Shown: positions 8,921-19,088, numbered from the stretch's first letter. The stretch: DNA of 23,884 nucleotides from Candidatus Jordarchaeia archaeon (GCA_029856435.1 JAHQXB010000097.1:1-23884), one strand, 5' to 3'. A program made the numbers and translations. Notes: generated by a model from the letters alone, not told the origin.

Positions 8921-9381
8921 TCAGAAGAAGGATGCCTATTAATACAGTAAGGGCTGGGGCTTGAGTTATTACTAACCGGGTTTCCAGTAACTGCATGTCC
9001 CGCTTCTCTGCTTGTTATCTCTATTATACCCACAATACACATAAGCTCGTGAAATGTTTACTCTGTCCGGTCTCACATTTCGATGATAGAAACATTCGCC
9101 GCAGGTTTTCCCATTAAATTCCTCAAAATGTCGTTATTATGATTAAGTTTCTATAAATGGGAGGTAAGGAATATTTCCACGTGTGCATTGTTAGGTTCTC
9201 TGGTTTAGAATTTTTGAAAGTAGGGCTTGTTTAGAAAAAGGGTTTTCGGTGAGGAAGAGGCGGGTGATGTAGAATCGTTCGATTTCGCCTCAAAAAGGGG
9301 TGTTTATAGGGCTTCTTTCACGATTTGGAGCCTTATTAGGGAGTTTGAATCGAATAAATCTGCATCACCGGAAGAGGCGCT

Positions 9382-10089
9382 TTATTTTCGGCATAGGACG
9401 TAGGTGGTGCCTCCTTCCTTTATGCTCAGCCTCATGGATTGGAATCTTTTGAAGCCCAGTTTGGACAATTTTTTGACCAGAACATATTTGGGGAGAGCGG
9501 TGGAGAAAACAAATTTTCCACCCTTTTTCGTGACCCGGTATATTTCTGCCAATGCTTCGTCCCTCCCAATTAGCAGGGTGTCTATCACATCGTGGCAGGC
9601 GACCAAATCGAAGGTGTTGTCGTCGAAGGGAAGCTTTCGTGCGTCCGCTTGCTGGAATTTGATTTTGTGGGCTACACCTTCTATTTTAGTGTTTTCCTCT
9701 GCGTGTTCCATGGTGTTTCCACTGACGCCGGAGAGGCAAAATGGAGACCAAGTGTCTATTCCTATCACCTTGCATTTCTTGCAGGCCTTTGCAAGAGATA
9801 TTGCCACCAATCCTCTGCCTGTGCCCACATCCAACATTAAAGAATTTTCCCTAGGCTGAGCGAATTCCACAAGTAAAGTGCTTTTCTTAACTCTAAGTGG
9901 AGTAGTGCTCTCATAGAACAACAGCCCAATTATGATTGCCAACGCAATTACAATTACTGTAAAAACATATCTAACAACTAAATCATTAGCAATGAGATAA
10001 AGGATGAAACATAAAATAATTCCAAATAGGAGTAGACTCAAAATAAGCGGGGAATAAACTCCGTAACTTACATTTTCTTCCTCAGTCAA
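9382..10089 (-). CDS. Membrane-anchored class I SAM-dependent methyltransferase (Methyltransf_11-like)
   Basis: Two N-terminal hydrophobic helices, then LDVGTGRG, GIDTW and ADARKLPFDDNTFDLV. TTG start with GGTGA upstream. Confidence 0.85.
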   Translation of the reverse strand: MTEEENVSYGVYSPLILSLLLFGIILCFILYLIANDLVVRYVFTVIVIALAIIIGLLFYESTTPLRVKKSTLLVEFAQPRENSLMLDVGTGRGLVAISLAKACKKCKVIGIDTWSPFCLSGVSGNTMEHAEENTKIEGVAHKIKFQQADARKLPFDDNTFDLVACHDVIDTLLIGRDEALAEIYRVTKKGGKFVFSTALPKYVLVKKLSKLGFKRFQSMRLSIKEGGTTYVLCRK

Positions 10090-10419
10090 TCACCAAGCCT
10101 CACTTAGACCTTATTAAAATTATCTTTTATATTTTTTGAAAAGTCCTGAAAAAACAGTAAGCTCTCCAACTATTAAATTTTGGTAATGGAACCCAGCCTG
10201 CGGTGTTCCAAGTGAAAAAAATACTGGTGCAGTGGATGCTTCTTTAAAAATTTTTGTATTAAAACTGTTGTCCATCCTTTCTAAAATCCCCTTTTTTTGA
10301 GAAAGAAACCAAAAAGGATTTTTTATCGGACTCCCAAAAAGACCAAAAATTCTTTAAAAGCCCTAAAACTTTAAAACGGGGAATATGGTGTCAGAAGCAG
10401 CTGGCGACTTACGGTTACC

Positions 10420-11595
10420 TCAAATTGACATCAAGTCATCTACAAGCTCAACGAGGTCCTTAACCTCAGGATAGTTTTTATCAGGGTCTGAGGAGTCCTT
10501 GAAGTTTAATTCACAGAAGGGACAGGCTGTTAAAAGCAATTTGGCCCCCGTGGTTTTCGCTTCTTCTAATCGTTCTTTAGCAGACCAGAGGGCGAAATCA
10601 TTAAATGCTGCTTTGACACCCGCTCCAGCTCCACAGCACCACGAATTATCCATTTTTCTGTCCATTTCCACCAGTTTAACCCCCGGGATGGCGTTTAATA
10701 TTTTTCTTGGCTGATCGTATATGCCTGCAAGTCTTCCCAGGTGGCAGGGATCATGATAGGTGACTATTTGACTTAATTCTTTAAACTTTATTCTTTCGTT
10801 TTCCAAGAGTTGGGAGAGAAACTCCACCATGTGCTGAATCTCAAAATTCAGTTTTCCTCCAAGTTTAGGGTATATTGATTTGAAAGTCTCATAGCAACCG
10901 GGGCAGACAAAAAGTAGTTTCTTTAACCCGGACTCTTCTATTTTTTTCAAATTGTGTTCCATAAGTTCCCGAGCCTTGGAAGCCAGACCCACTCTGTATA
11001 GTACTCCTCCACAACAGTATTCCTCGTCCCCTAGTACTTTGAATTTTATGTTGAACTTTTTTAGTATGTTTACTGTGGCATTGGCAACGTTAGGTAACCT
11101 GTAGGGAATGGTGCAACCGATGAACAAGCCTATTTCTGCTCCCTCCCCTTCTTTGTCTTCTTGGGGTAACCATTTGAATCTGGCTTCGTGTGGTTCGCCA
11201 TAGGGGTTGTGGTACCTTTCTATGTTTTCAGCGAATTTTTTGTGCTGTTCCAAGGGACCCTTACCATCACTTACACACTTGAACCTTAATTCTTGGAGAA
11301 CTTTTAGAGGCTCCATTTTTGCTTGGTTGCGCCTGCAGGTTACTTCACAACCTCCACAGAGGGTGCAGGCATATATTATTTCTAAGAGTTTACTGCTGTA
11401 GTCTAACTCGCCTCTTAGTAGAGCTCGGGCGATGTCCATACGGCCCTGTGCAGAATAGGCGTCGAAAAGAAACTTCTTTAGGCTGGGACAGACGTAGCTG
11501 AATTCTGCGTTTTTAACGTCCCAGTCGCAGACCCATTTGCATCTTGAGCATCTGAAACAGAGTTCTAGAATTGGTTCACATTCTTCAAGGGGCAT
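10420..11595 (-). CDS. (Fe-S)-binding protein, HdrD/GlcF-like (2x[4Fe-4S] plus two CCG domains)
   Basis: CFRCSRCKW...CPS, CTLCGGCEVTC, EYCCGG, VCPGC, TYHDPCHLGR, WCCGAG and ACPFC. Confidence 0.9.
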   Translation of the reverse strand: MPLEECEPILELCFRCSRCKWVCDWDVKNAEFSYVCPSLKKFLFDAYSAQGRMDIARALLRGELDYSSKLLEIIYACTLCGGCEVTCRRNQAKMEPLKVLQELRFKCVSDGKGPLEQHKKFAENIERYHNPYGEPHEARFKWLPQEDKEGEGAEIGLFIGCTIPYRLPNVANATVNILKKFNIKFKVLGDEEYCCGGVLYRVGLASKARELMEHNLKKIEESGLKKLLFVCPGCYETFKSIYPKLGGKLNFEIQHMVEFLSQLLENERIKFKELSQIVTYHDPCHLGRLAGIYDQPRKILNAIPGVKLVEMDRKMDNSWCCGAGAGVKAAFNDFALWSAKERLEEAKTTGAKLLLTACPFCELNFKDSSDPDKNYPEVKDLVELVDDLMSI

Positions 11596-11607
11596 AACAC
11601 TTCCTTC

Positions 11608-13041
11608 CTAAAAGCAGAGTTTTCCGGGGTTCATAATGTTGTTGGGGTCGAAAACCTCCTTAATCTCCTTTAAAATCCGGGCATAAGCCAAGTTTCTCTG
11701 GTAAGTAATTTTTGATAGGAATGAACCGTAGGGTCTGGAGAAAAAGGCCCCACCATCAAACAGACATTCTACGAGTTTCTCATAAGTCTTCTTAATCTTC
11801 TTTAACTGTTTATCATTGTTGGAATCGTAAAAGAACGTGAATTCCATGTGGCAGGCACCACCCCTCACTAAAGGTTGAATATAGCAGCCCACTTCGTCCA
11901 TAGGGTAACCAAGTTCCGAAGAGATTTTCTCCACAACCTCAAAGTGGTGTGGGGTCTTATCGAGTGTGGTGACGAAAAATATGTCTTGGAAATCACCCTT
12001 CCACATCTGCTTCCAGTACTCTCCCTTGCAGGATTGGCGGAGCATTAATAGGACCTTTTCTTCTAATCCCTCCAGTCTGGTTGAAGGCTCAACACTGAAT
12101 CCCCTTAATATTTCTAGAAAATCTTCTTCCTCCTGCTTTAATTTTTCCTCTGGAAGTTTCACACCTCCCGAAAGGCAAACAATCAGAATCCAACGAGCCA
12201 GCTTATGCCTCAAAACCTCTATTTCCGATTTTCTGTCGGCAAGAATAGTTGCCAAATCTAAATCGTTTAGCACTAAGCACTCGTAACCTAGCAGATACCT
12301 CTGAATTTCATATAAGGGGTCTACCAGTTCCTCTAGACTGTTTGAGGACAGGAAATATAGTTTATCAAGCTTGGGAAGATGCTCTATTTTTACGGTGGCG
12401 CTGGTAACTATTCCCAACGTTCCCTGTGCACCCTGAAAAATTTGGTTCCAGTTCAGTCCAGGCCCGAATGGTACCACATATTCGGCAAATTTACTGGGCT
12501 TAACTGCTGCGGAGCCTGTTCGGAGAATTTCCCCTGTAGGCAAAACTACCTCCATGGTTAGTATGGGCTCATAATACTCAAGTTTTGGTACGAGCAAAGG
12601 CTCCCTTTCAAGATAACTGGTCAACACAGATTTCCTCTCGGGAACACAGAGTGGGAATAGGGGCAGCAACCCCTTTTCTTTTAGGCTTTCAAACTGGGAA
12701 AATGTTACCCCAGCCTCAATAGTGGCGTTTTTGTTCCTATCATCGAATTTAACTATGCGGTTCATTTCACTTAGGTCAACTATAATTCCCCCATCCGCAG
12801 GAATAGTTCTTCCGTAAAAGTGCACTCCCGAGCTGCTGGGAACTAGGGGAATTTTGTGCTTATCGCAGAACTCTACAGTTTTTTTAACCTCCTCCACAGT
12901 CCTTGGCTTGCAGATGCACATGGGCACTCTTCTTGGCTCTAAACAACTTTTATCCGCTGAGTGAGAATTTAATGCGCTGGGGGTTCTTATGATATGCTCC
13001 CTGCCTAGAATTTGTTCCAGTTCCTTTACCAATTTGGACAT
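11608..13041 (-). CDS. FAD-binding oxidoreductase, VAO/PCMH (GlcD-like) family
   Basis: P.TVEEV, IIVDLSEMNRI, ATIEAGVT, MEVVLPTGEILRTG, QGTLGIVT and the C-terminal FDPNNIMNPGK. RBS GGTGA; 12 bp from the downstream gene. Confidence 0.88.
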   Translation of the reverse strand: MSKLVKELEQILGREHIIRTPSALNSHSADKSCLEPRRVPMCICKPRTVEEVKKTVEFCDKHKIPLVPSSSGVHFYGRTIPADGGIIVDLSEMNRIVKFDDRNKNATIEAGVTFSQFESLKEKGLLPLFPLCVPERKSVLTSYLEREPLLVPKLEYYEPILTMEVVLPTGEILRTGSAAVKPSKFAEYVVPFGPGLNWNQIFQGAQGTLGIVTSATVKIEHLPKLDKLYFLSSNSLEELVDPLYEIQRYLLGYECLVLNDLDLATILADRKSEIEVLRHKLARWILIVCLSGGVKLPEEKLKQEEEDFLEILRGFSVEPSTRLEGLEEKVLLMLRQSCKGEYWKQMWKGDFQDIFFVTTLDKTPHHFEVVEKISSELGYPMDEVGCYIQPLVRGGACHMEFTFFYDSNNDKQLKKIKKTYEKLVECLFDGGAFFSRPYGSFLSKITYQRNLAYARILKEIKEVFDPNNIMNPGKLCF

Positions 13042-13052
13042 GGGTTCACCCT

Positions 13053-14576
13053 TCAGGTTTTTGTGATGTCTATGGGGTATGGGGGGTTAGAGACATTGTT
13101 GGGGTCGAGTTTCTTCTTAATTTTTCTTAACAGTAATTGATAGTTACCGTAAGAGGGCCCTAGAATTTCGTGAGCCGGCCCCGCGGAGCCCGTGACATAC
13201 ATTTTCTGCTCTGCGTCCTGCCTTATGCCAACGTTCTGACACTCCATAGCTTCGTCCAGATGGGTTAGGGGGTCGTAAAGTATGCTGAGTTCAATGTGGC
13301 CATAGTGTCCAAGCTCCAAGGGAATCATATAGTAGAAGTGAATGAAGTCGGGGTACTTTTCCTCTAGAAAAGCTTTAGCTTGCTTAAGCTGGTCCAAGAG
13401 TTTATCAAGAGACTCAGCCCAGGATCTAAAAACATCGTAACCGCCCATAGGGTTGAGTATGCGCATTGAAACAGCGCTCCTTATCGTCTCGGGAATTCCT
13501 TCCTGAAGCGATTCAACCATCTCGTCTGGTATAAGGTATCCCTTATTTTCCTCAACAATTTTTTGTAAGACTTTCCTGTCGTACTCCATTACTCTAGGAG
13601 AAGTTTTGAAACTCATGAACAGAATGAACTCCTTTATATCCTTAAAGGCTTCAAGGAGACTTAGGAACTCCTCTCTACTTTTTGCCATGGGAGCCATAGC
13701 CATTGTGGTGCTCAAGAGGTGTAGTGACATACCAATCTCAGCTCTACAAATCTCATATAAAGCGTTAACTGCATCTTCAGTGCTGGGAAATATGGCCAGG
13801 TAAAGCTTTGCTAAATCTTTTGGAAATTCAACCACCTTTTCAGGAAACACTCCCCTACAGTGAAAGGCGTCTGGGCCCGTCCATGGATACAGTCTAACAG
13901 CCATCTTTGTAACCACTCCCAGGCCCCCAAGTGCACCCACATAGCCCCTCATAAGTCCCCTCAGATCGGGACCCGGACCCTCACCCCAGAAATAATCGTC
14001 GCCATAACCAGCCGAACCCAGCTTTAGGATTTCTCCAGAAGGTAAAACCCACTCTACACCGAGTACTGCACGGGCATAGTAGGGGATTCTATGCATAGCG
14101 AAGTGTGAGCCACAGAAAAGGTGGTTGGCAAGAACAGAAGTGTTTCCGCCACTGGAAGGAACCGGAAGCCACAACCCCCTCTTCATGGCTTCGGCTTGAA
14201 GCTGGGTGTAGGTTACATAAGGCTCTATCACGGCGTATTTGTTTTTCTCATCGATTTTTAATATTTTATCCATTCTCTTAAAATCCAGAATTATTGTTTC
14301 GGGATATGTGGCTTGGCAACTCCAGTGCAGGAAGCTTCCAACAGGTATGAAGGGAACCTTATACTTATTTGCCATTCTCACAATGGCTTGAACTTCTTGC
14401 ACAGAACTGGGCAAGACCACAAAGCCAGGTCGTCTCTTCAGCTTTCGACCCAGAATCCAGCCCGTTCTTGAGTACGCCTCTAGAACAGCTGGATCATCTG
14501 AAACATAATCTGGCCCCACAGTTTCTTCAAGCAGCTCATAAATTAATTGGTGGTCAACAGGCAAGGTTTCATTCAC
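13053..14576 (-). CDS. FAD-binding oxidoreductase, VAO/PCMH (GlcD-like) family
   Basis: VLPSSVQEVQAIV, LDFKRMDKI, AVIEPYVT, VEWVLPSGEILKLGS, GALGGLGVVT and LDPNNVSNP. The start is GTG 14576 or TTG 14564; 11 bp from the downstream gene. Confidence 0.88.
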   Translation of the reverse strand: MNETLPVDHQLIYELLEETVGPDYVSDDPAVLEAYSRTGWILGRKLKRRPGFVVLPSSVQEVQAIVRMANKYKVPFIPVGSFLHWSCQATYPETIILDFKRMDKILKIDEKNKYAVIEPYVTYTQLQAEAMKRGLWLPVPSSGGNTSVLANHLFCGSHFAMHRIPYYARAVLGVEWVLPSGEILKLGSAGYGDDYFWGEGPGPDLRGLMRGYVGALGGLGVVTKMAVRLYPWTGPDAFHCRGVFPEKVVEFPKDLAKLYLAIFPSTEDAVNALYEICRAEIGMSLHLLSTTMAMAPMAKSREEFLSLLEAFKDIKEFILFMSFKTSPRVMEYDRKVLQKIVEENKGYLIPDEMVESLQEGIPETIRSAVSMRILNPMGGYDVFRSWAESLDKLLDQLKQAKAFLEEKYPDFIHFYYMIPLELGHYGHIELSILYDPLTHLDEAMECQNVGIRQDAEQKMYVTGSAGPAHEILGPSYGNYQLLLRKIKKKLDPNNVSNPPYPIDITKT

Positions 14577-14962
14577 CTTACGGAATAAATAATACTAAAA
14601 GTTATGGGTAAAGTTCCGAGATATAAGGTGGGATTTGTCCCCTGAAATCTGAGGAAATCAAATCTCGATTTAATCAATGCTTTTTCCACTTTTTAAATAA
14701 TTCTGTTATAAAAATTAAGTTTTAAAATTCCAAAATTCCAAATCAATTATAGAATTGTCTTGGATGTTCTGGGTGCAATAGAGTTTGTGTTTAAGCGTAT
14801 TTTCGTTGCCCCAAATTTTTAGAAGCTATATTTCTTACCAGTGGAGACCGTTATTGTTGCTGCAAAACAATTATTAGAATCTGAGTAATCGTCTTTTTAA
14901 CTTTTCATAAAAAAGGAAAAAGGGGGGAAGTTTTTCTTCGCAAATTTATTGCTTTGAGGATT

Positions 14963-16753
14963 TTAGTCTGGAGGGATATTTCTAAAGATTTCCGATAGGT
15001 CTATTCCTGCTTTTCTGTTTCGCCTACGCATGTAGAGATAAATTATTGCCCCAATGAGATACACTGCCACTATAACGAGAATGGAGCCTATGGTAAAGGT
15101 TACGAGTGCTCCTAGTATTAAGGGCACCGCAAAAAAGACTGAGATTACACCGCATATACTTATTACAGGGACTCCTCTGATTTTGGGGTTGTAAGTTCGT
15201 TCCGCTAGGTCTTTCCTCCTTCTGTTGAAAAGGATGCCTGAAACGACTGTTAAAACTATTGACGCGATTCCTAGAAAAACTGCGTTAATCGCTGCCTGAA
15301 TGGTGCTTATGGAACTCAGAACTATTCCAATAATAGCCACCAGCATAGATATCGCAGTGGCGTATATCGGGGTGGTTGTTCTCTCACTCAGTGTGCTAAT
15401 TTTCGTGGGCATTATTCTATCGAAACTCCATGCAAAAATATATCTAGAGCTGGTAAACAACATGGGCGTAATGGAATTGATTAGCCAAAGAACACCAGCG
15501 CCAATTATGAACAGCCCAAGCCAGCTTAAGCCAGCAAGTGGAGCAGCAAAAAGGGGTATGCTAGCAGGGAGGGGAGTGGGAATTTTTCCCGCGTAGAGCC
15601 AACCTCCATACAGTATCCAGTATTGCAGAGTGTCCTTAGAGAGCATACTACCCCAACCACTAAGCCAAGAAAGTTCACCACTAAACTGGGGTAAGGACCA
15701 CCACAACATGCCAAAAATGGGGTCCTTAGTGTATGTGAGGAAGTCATATAGTTTGATAAATTCTCCCCAGTTGCTCTGAAGAGGATAAAGCAGCGCCACA
15801 TACAGAAACACGATGAGTGTGATGCTCACTACCATAGCCAGGTAGAATGTTCTCCTTGTATCTCTAACCTCTCCACCAATGAGGCTTAGGCTGTAACCAC
15901 CACCTAAAGCAAACATAGCTATAACTACGGCTGACAAAGTAGCACCCGTGGTACCACTCAAAGAGTTGAAATAGTAGGATAACCAGTAATACTGGACAGG
16001 AAACGCGAATGCTACGCGAAATAGGTCTCCAAAGGCTCCTGGAAGAATGTCCATTGTTGTGCCCCAACCGAAAATGTTATTCCAAGCCCACAGCATATCA
16101 AGGGGAGAGTGTGTTAGAAGAACCCAAATTGTTGCCAGTATACCTATCAGGGGAATAATGAATAGGACACGAATAAGCCAAAGGGAAGCTTTAAGGCTGA
16201 CGATTAGGAATCCACCGAATATTAGAACCAAAGTTGTGCCGAAAATCACACCCCAGATTGGCTCCGTCAACCATATTGACCAGCCTAGGAGACTGGGATT
16301 CCAAGTGTAAAGGCCGAACTGCATAACAAAGTAGCTAATGAACGAGATAGCCTGATAGGACAATACACCCATGGTGAGAAGAGTGCTAATCCAAACACCC
16401 CAGGATGCAACAAAGCCCAAACCAGGACCTAGAACCCTACTAACAAAAATATAGTCGCCACCACTACGAGGCATAGCTCTAGAAAAAATTGCGTAAACCA
16501 TGTAAAGAGGAAGCACAAAAATCAACCCAATAAGATAAGATATAGACAGGTTGGCTCCTGGAAAATAGCCGGGCTGCAGAGCCTGAACTGAAAGGAACAA
16601 AATACCACCACCGATTACAAGGGAGAAAACAATTATGAAAGCGTCCTTAATACTAACTTCTCGAACCAAACCCGTAGCGTCTCTCGTGAAAACAATCCTC
16701 CTAGGACGACTAGCATCACCAGAAGAAACAGAATTACCGCCTTTTTTGGCCAT
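14963..16753 (-). CDS. APC-family amino acid/polyamine permease
   Basis: FTRDATGLVREVS, AMPRSGGDYIFVSRVLGP, GGEVRDTRR and SSRYIFAWSFDRIMP, with about 12 hydrophobic segments. Confidence 0.9.
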   Translation of the reverse strand: MAKKGGNSVSSGDASRPRRIVFTRDATGLVREVSIKDAFIIVFSLVIGGGILFLSVQALQPGYFPGANLSISYLIGLIFVLPLYMVYAIFSRAMPRSGGDYIFVSRVLGPGLGFVASWGVWISTLLTMGVLSYQAISFISYFVMQFGLYTWNPSLLGWSIWLTEPIWGVIFGTTLVLIFGGFLIVSLKASLWLIRVLFIIPLIGILATIWVLLTHSPLDMLWAWNNIFGWGTTMDILPGAFGDLFRVAFAFPVQYYWLSYYFNSLSGTTGATLSAVVIAMFALGGGYSLSLIGGEVRDTRRTFYLAMVVSITLIVFLYVALLYPLQSNWGEFIKLYDFLTYTKDPIFGMLWWSLPQFSGELSWLSGWGSMLSKDTLQYWILYGGWLYAGKIPTPLPASIPLFAAPLAGLSWLGLFIIGAGVLWLINSITPMLFTSSRYIFAWSFDRIMPTKISTLSERTTTPIYATAISMLVAIIGIVLSSISTIQAAINAVFLGIASIVLTVVSGILFNRRRKDLAERTYNPKIRGVPVISICGVISVFFAVPLILGALVTFTIGSILVIVAVYLIGAIIYLYMRRRNRKAGIDLSEIFRNIPPD

Positions 16754-16813
16754 TTACTACAGACACCTCTCTAGCTTTTACAAAAGTTTTGTCTAAAATC
16801 TTGTTTAATGTAG

Positions 16814-16823
16814 TATATAAAAA
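16814..16823 (-). promoter_or_regulatory. Putative TATA box of the APC permease gene
   Basis: TTTTTATATA on the - strand, about 60 nt upstream of the ATG at 16753. Confidence 0.4.
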
Positions 16824-17135
16824 TTCGTGTAGAAATAGTTTTAGAAAATCTATCCGTTGAAACAAATAAAACCACATTCACATTTGGAGAACCAAACAAG
16901 AATTCAAACCTTTTCAAAAACTGTTACTGACACATAATCATTCCAGGAAACAAAAAAAGAAGAATACACTTCAGATAATAAGCCCTTAGGAAAAAGGTTT
17001 CACTTCACCAATTACATTTTTTAATGACAATGGTTTTTCTATGTTTTTCAGTTCTACAAGAGAGATAGGGGCTAACAAAATTTTGGTAAGCTTAACTGAG
17101 CCACCCCAGTTTGAAATTCTTGCTGTGTGTTTTGG

Positions 17136-18014
17136 TTATTTGATTTTGTTGGCGTATTTGAATCCATCTCGCATATGGGTTGCTAGTAGCATAGGGAAGG
17201 CTTCGCCGACTCTTTCCACAACCTTGGAGTTAGGCAAATATTTTTGGGTTATTGCTTTTCTTAGATAATCGACATCGTCTAGCTTGTCTCTGTTCTGGTC
17301 AAAGAAGTTCCAGAATTTTTCGAAGACCTCCTTGGCTTCAGCCAGTATCTTTCGGGCATCGGCTCCATCCCAGCAACCGTAGTGACCCAAGCAAATGGTC
17401 TCAAAGTTCACCTTCTTTAATTTCTCCAGGGTTTTGTAAAATTGTTCCCGGTTGAACCATGGTGGAATAATGGGGGCCAAAAATGTGGTTTTATCAACCT
17501 TGTACCCGATGCTGTCTCCAGCGAATAGGTTTCGATTGGATCTGTCAAATAGAGCTATGTGGCCCGGAGTATGGCCTGGAACAGTTATAACCTCAAGTTC
17601 CACTCCTCCAAGATCTACAGTATCCCCCTCATCTAGGGGGTATACGTTTTTCACCGGTTCGATAGGCCCCATACCATAATCATAACCAATTTTGCTTGGA
17701 TCCTCAATCATGGGCTTGGCCAGTTTCCCAGCAAAAACCTCCACCTTACCGCCCATAGCCTTAACGAGGGGAGCAGCGCCTTGAATGTGGTCTGCATGCT
17801 CATGAGTAATAATTATGTAGTCTACTGGAAATAGATCCAGTTCTTTTAGGGCGCTAACAACTTTTACCGCAGACTGGCTGGTTCCAGCATCAATGAGGAC
17901 GGTCTTTTCTCCCTTAACCACGTAGAGCGACATAAGTTCAACAATGTCAAAATAGTATCCGTCTATAAGATAAGTATTTTTAAAAATTTTTCCAGACTCA
18001 TGAACATGACCCAT
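17136..18014 (-). CDS. MBL-fold metallo-hydrolase (paralogue 1)
   Basis: LIDAG, THEHADH (HxHxDH), PGHTPGH, AGDS and LGHYG. RBS GGAGGTGG. Confidence 0.9.
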   Translation of the reverse strand: MGHVHESGKIFKNTYLIDGYYFDIVELMSLYVVKGEKTVLIDAGTSQSAVKVVSALKELDLFPVDYIIITHEHADHIQGAAPLVKAMGGKVEVFAGKLAKPMIEDPSKIGYDYGMGPIEPVKNVYPLDEGDTVDLGGVELEVITVPGHTPGHIALFDRSNRNLFAGDSIGYKVDKTTFLAPIIPPWFNREQFYKTLEKLKKVNFETICLGHYGCWDGADARKILAEAKEVFEKFWNFFDQNRDKLDDVDYLRKAITQKYLPNSKVVERVGEAFPMLLATHMRDGFKYANKIK

Positions 18015-18180
18015 GGAAAACCACCTCCATTAAATTTTTTGAAAACTTCATTCAGACTGAAAAACTGCAGATATTTTTACGGTGTGGTTGTGGATTCCAT
18101 TTTTTGGCTAGGGAAAGAATTTTCAAACATTAGTATTCCACTTTCTCCACTTTTGTTTTATTCTTTTCTATTTTTTGGGA

Positions 18181-18356
18181 GGCACAGTTAACTGGGCGTC
18201 GCCTTTTGGGTGTACGTTTATGTCGCGTCCTGTGTCCCCATATTGAAGCCCATTATGAGTTATTCTGCAGGGTAAAAAGCCGAAAAGGGCACCTCAAAAG
18301 GGATGAAGGCCGAAAAACAAACAACACGCAGCAGGCGACACCAAATTAATTGTGCC
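18181..18356. mobile_element. 176-bp MITE, copy 1
   Basis: The ends GGCACAGTTAA...TTAATTGTGCC are inverted repeats, flanked by the 8-bp direct repeat TTTTGGGA (18173-18180 and 18357-18364). It is near-identical to the reverse complement of 23651-23828. Confidence 0.93.
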
Positions 18357-19055
18357 TTTTGGGATTCGCGAAGCGGGTGTATACGGCGCTAAACCCTCGC
18401 CGAATAATTTTCGGGGAATCTCCAAATCTCTGTAAGAGGAGTGGGAAGCACTTGGGAGAGACGGAAAGATACCAAAAAATCCGTGACGGCACTGAATTGG
18501 GTTAATACATTTCTTTCCTAAATATTATTGAGGCTAGCAGCACTAGCATGAACATTAAGATGTTAGAAAGTTTTCCAATAGGGATATGGGGGAAAACAGT
18601 AGATTTCTAAAAATCTTCATTTTTTACACTTTCCAGTATAGTCTTCTGTTTTTACACTCCTTGACTACCAAACTGTCAACAGTGTAAATGGTTTTTCTAG
18701 AACAACGTTGAGTCAAAAGAACACAAATCTCCGTTAGTAGGGAATCTGTTTTGCAAAGTAGAGTGCTTTAAAGCTTTATTGTTTTGAGGCGATTTCATGT
18801 TGCTTGATTCGTCCTCTCATGTATTTTTCTGCTCCTAGTAACTCATATTCATGAACTCTTTGCTCAATTTATCCCTAACCCCTCGCATTATTTTTGACAC
18901 TGACAAACTTCTCCTTCTTCATAAGTTATAACTTCCCATGAACTTCTTATTCCTAATAAGGGATATCCCATTTTTAAGTTTACTACATTGAAACCTCGGA
19001 TTTTCATTAAGTTAACAATGTGCTTGAAGTTCCAGCTTACAAAGCTATTGGCGAG

Positions 19056-19088
19056 AAAGCCCCCACTTTTAGTCGCGGGGAGTGTCAA
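19056..19088 (+). mobile_element. Isolated IS200/IS605-type right-end remnant
   Basis: AAAGCCCCCACTTTTAGTCGCGGGGAGTGTCAA is an imperfect CCCC..GGGG hairpin ending in TCAA. It reads KAPTFSRGECQ, like the ESPxFSRGECQ tail of many TnpBs. No tnpB body lies upstream. Confidence 0.45.

Noticed and set aside
194-17679. Numerous 60-170 aa ORFs overlapping the long genes (e.g. 1942-2304, 3505-3864, 4870-5385, 9404-9859, 11966-12286, 15300-15596)
   Set aside because: They are antisense or alternate-frame shadows of well-supported CDSs, with no motifs or RBS.
18361-18490. Possible cloverleaf/structured RNA (CCGAA/TTCGG, CTCT/AGAG, AGTG/CACT, TCTCC/GGAGA)
   Set aside because: The stems are only 4-5 bp, with no TTC-loop, D-loop or acceptor-stem geometry; consistent with chance.
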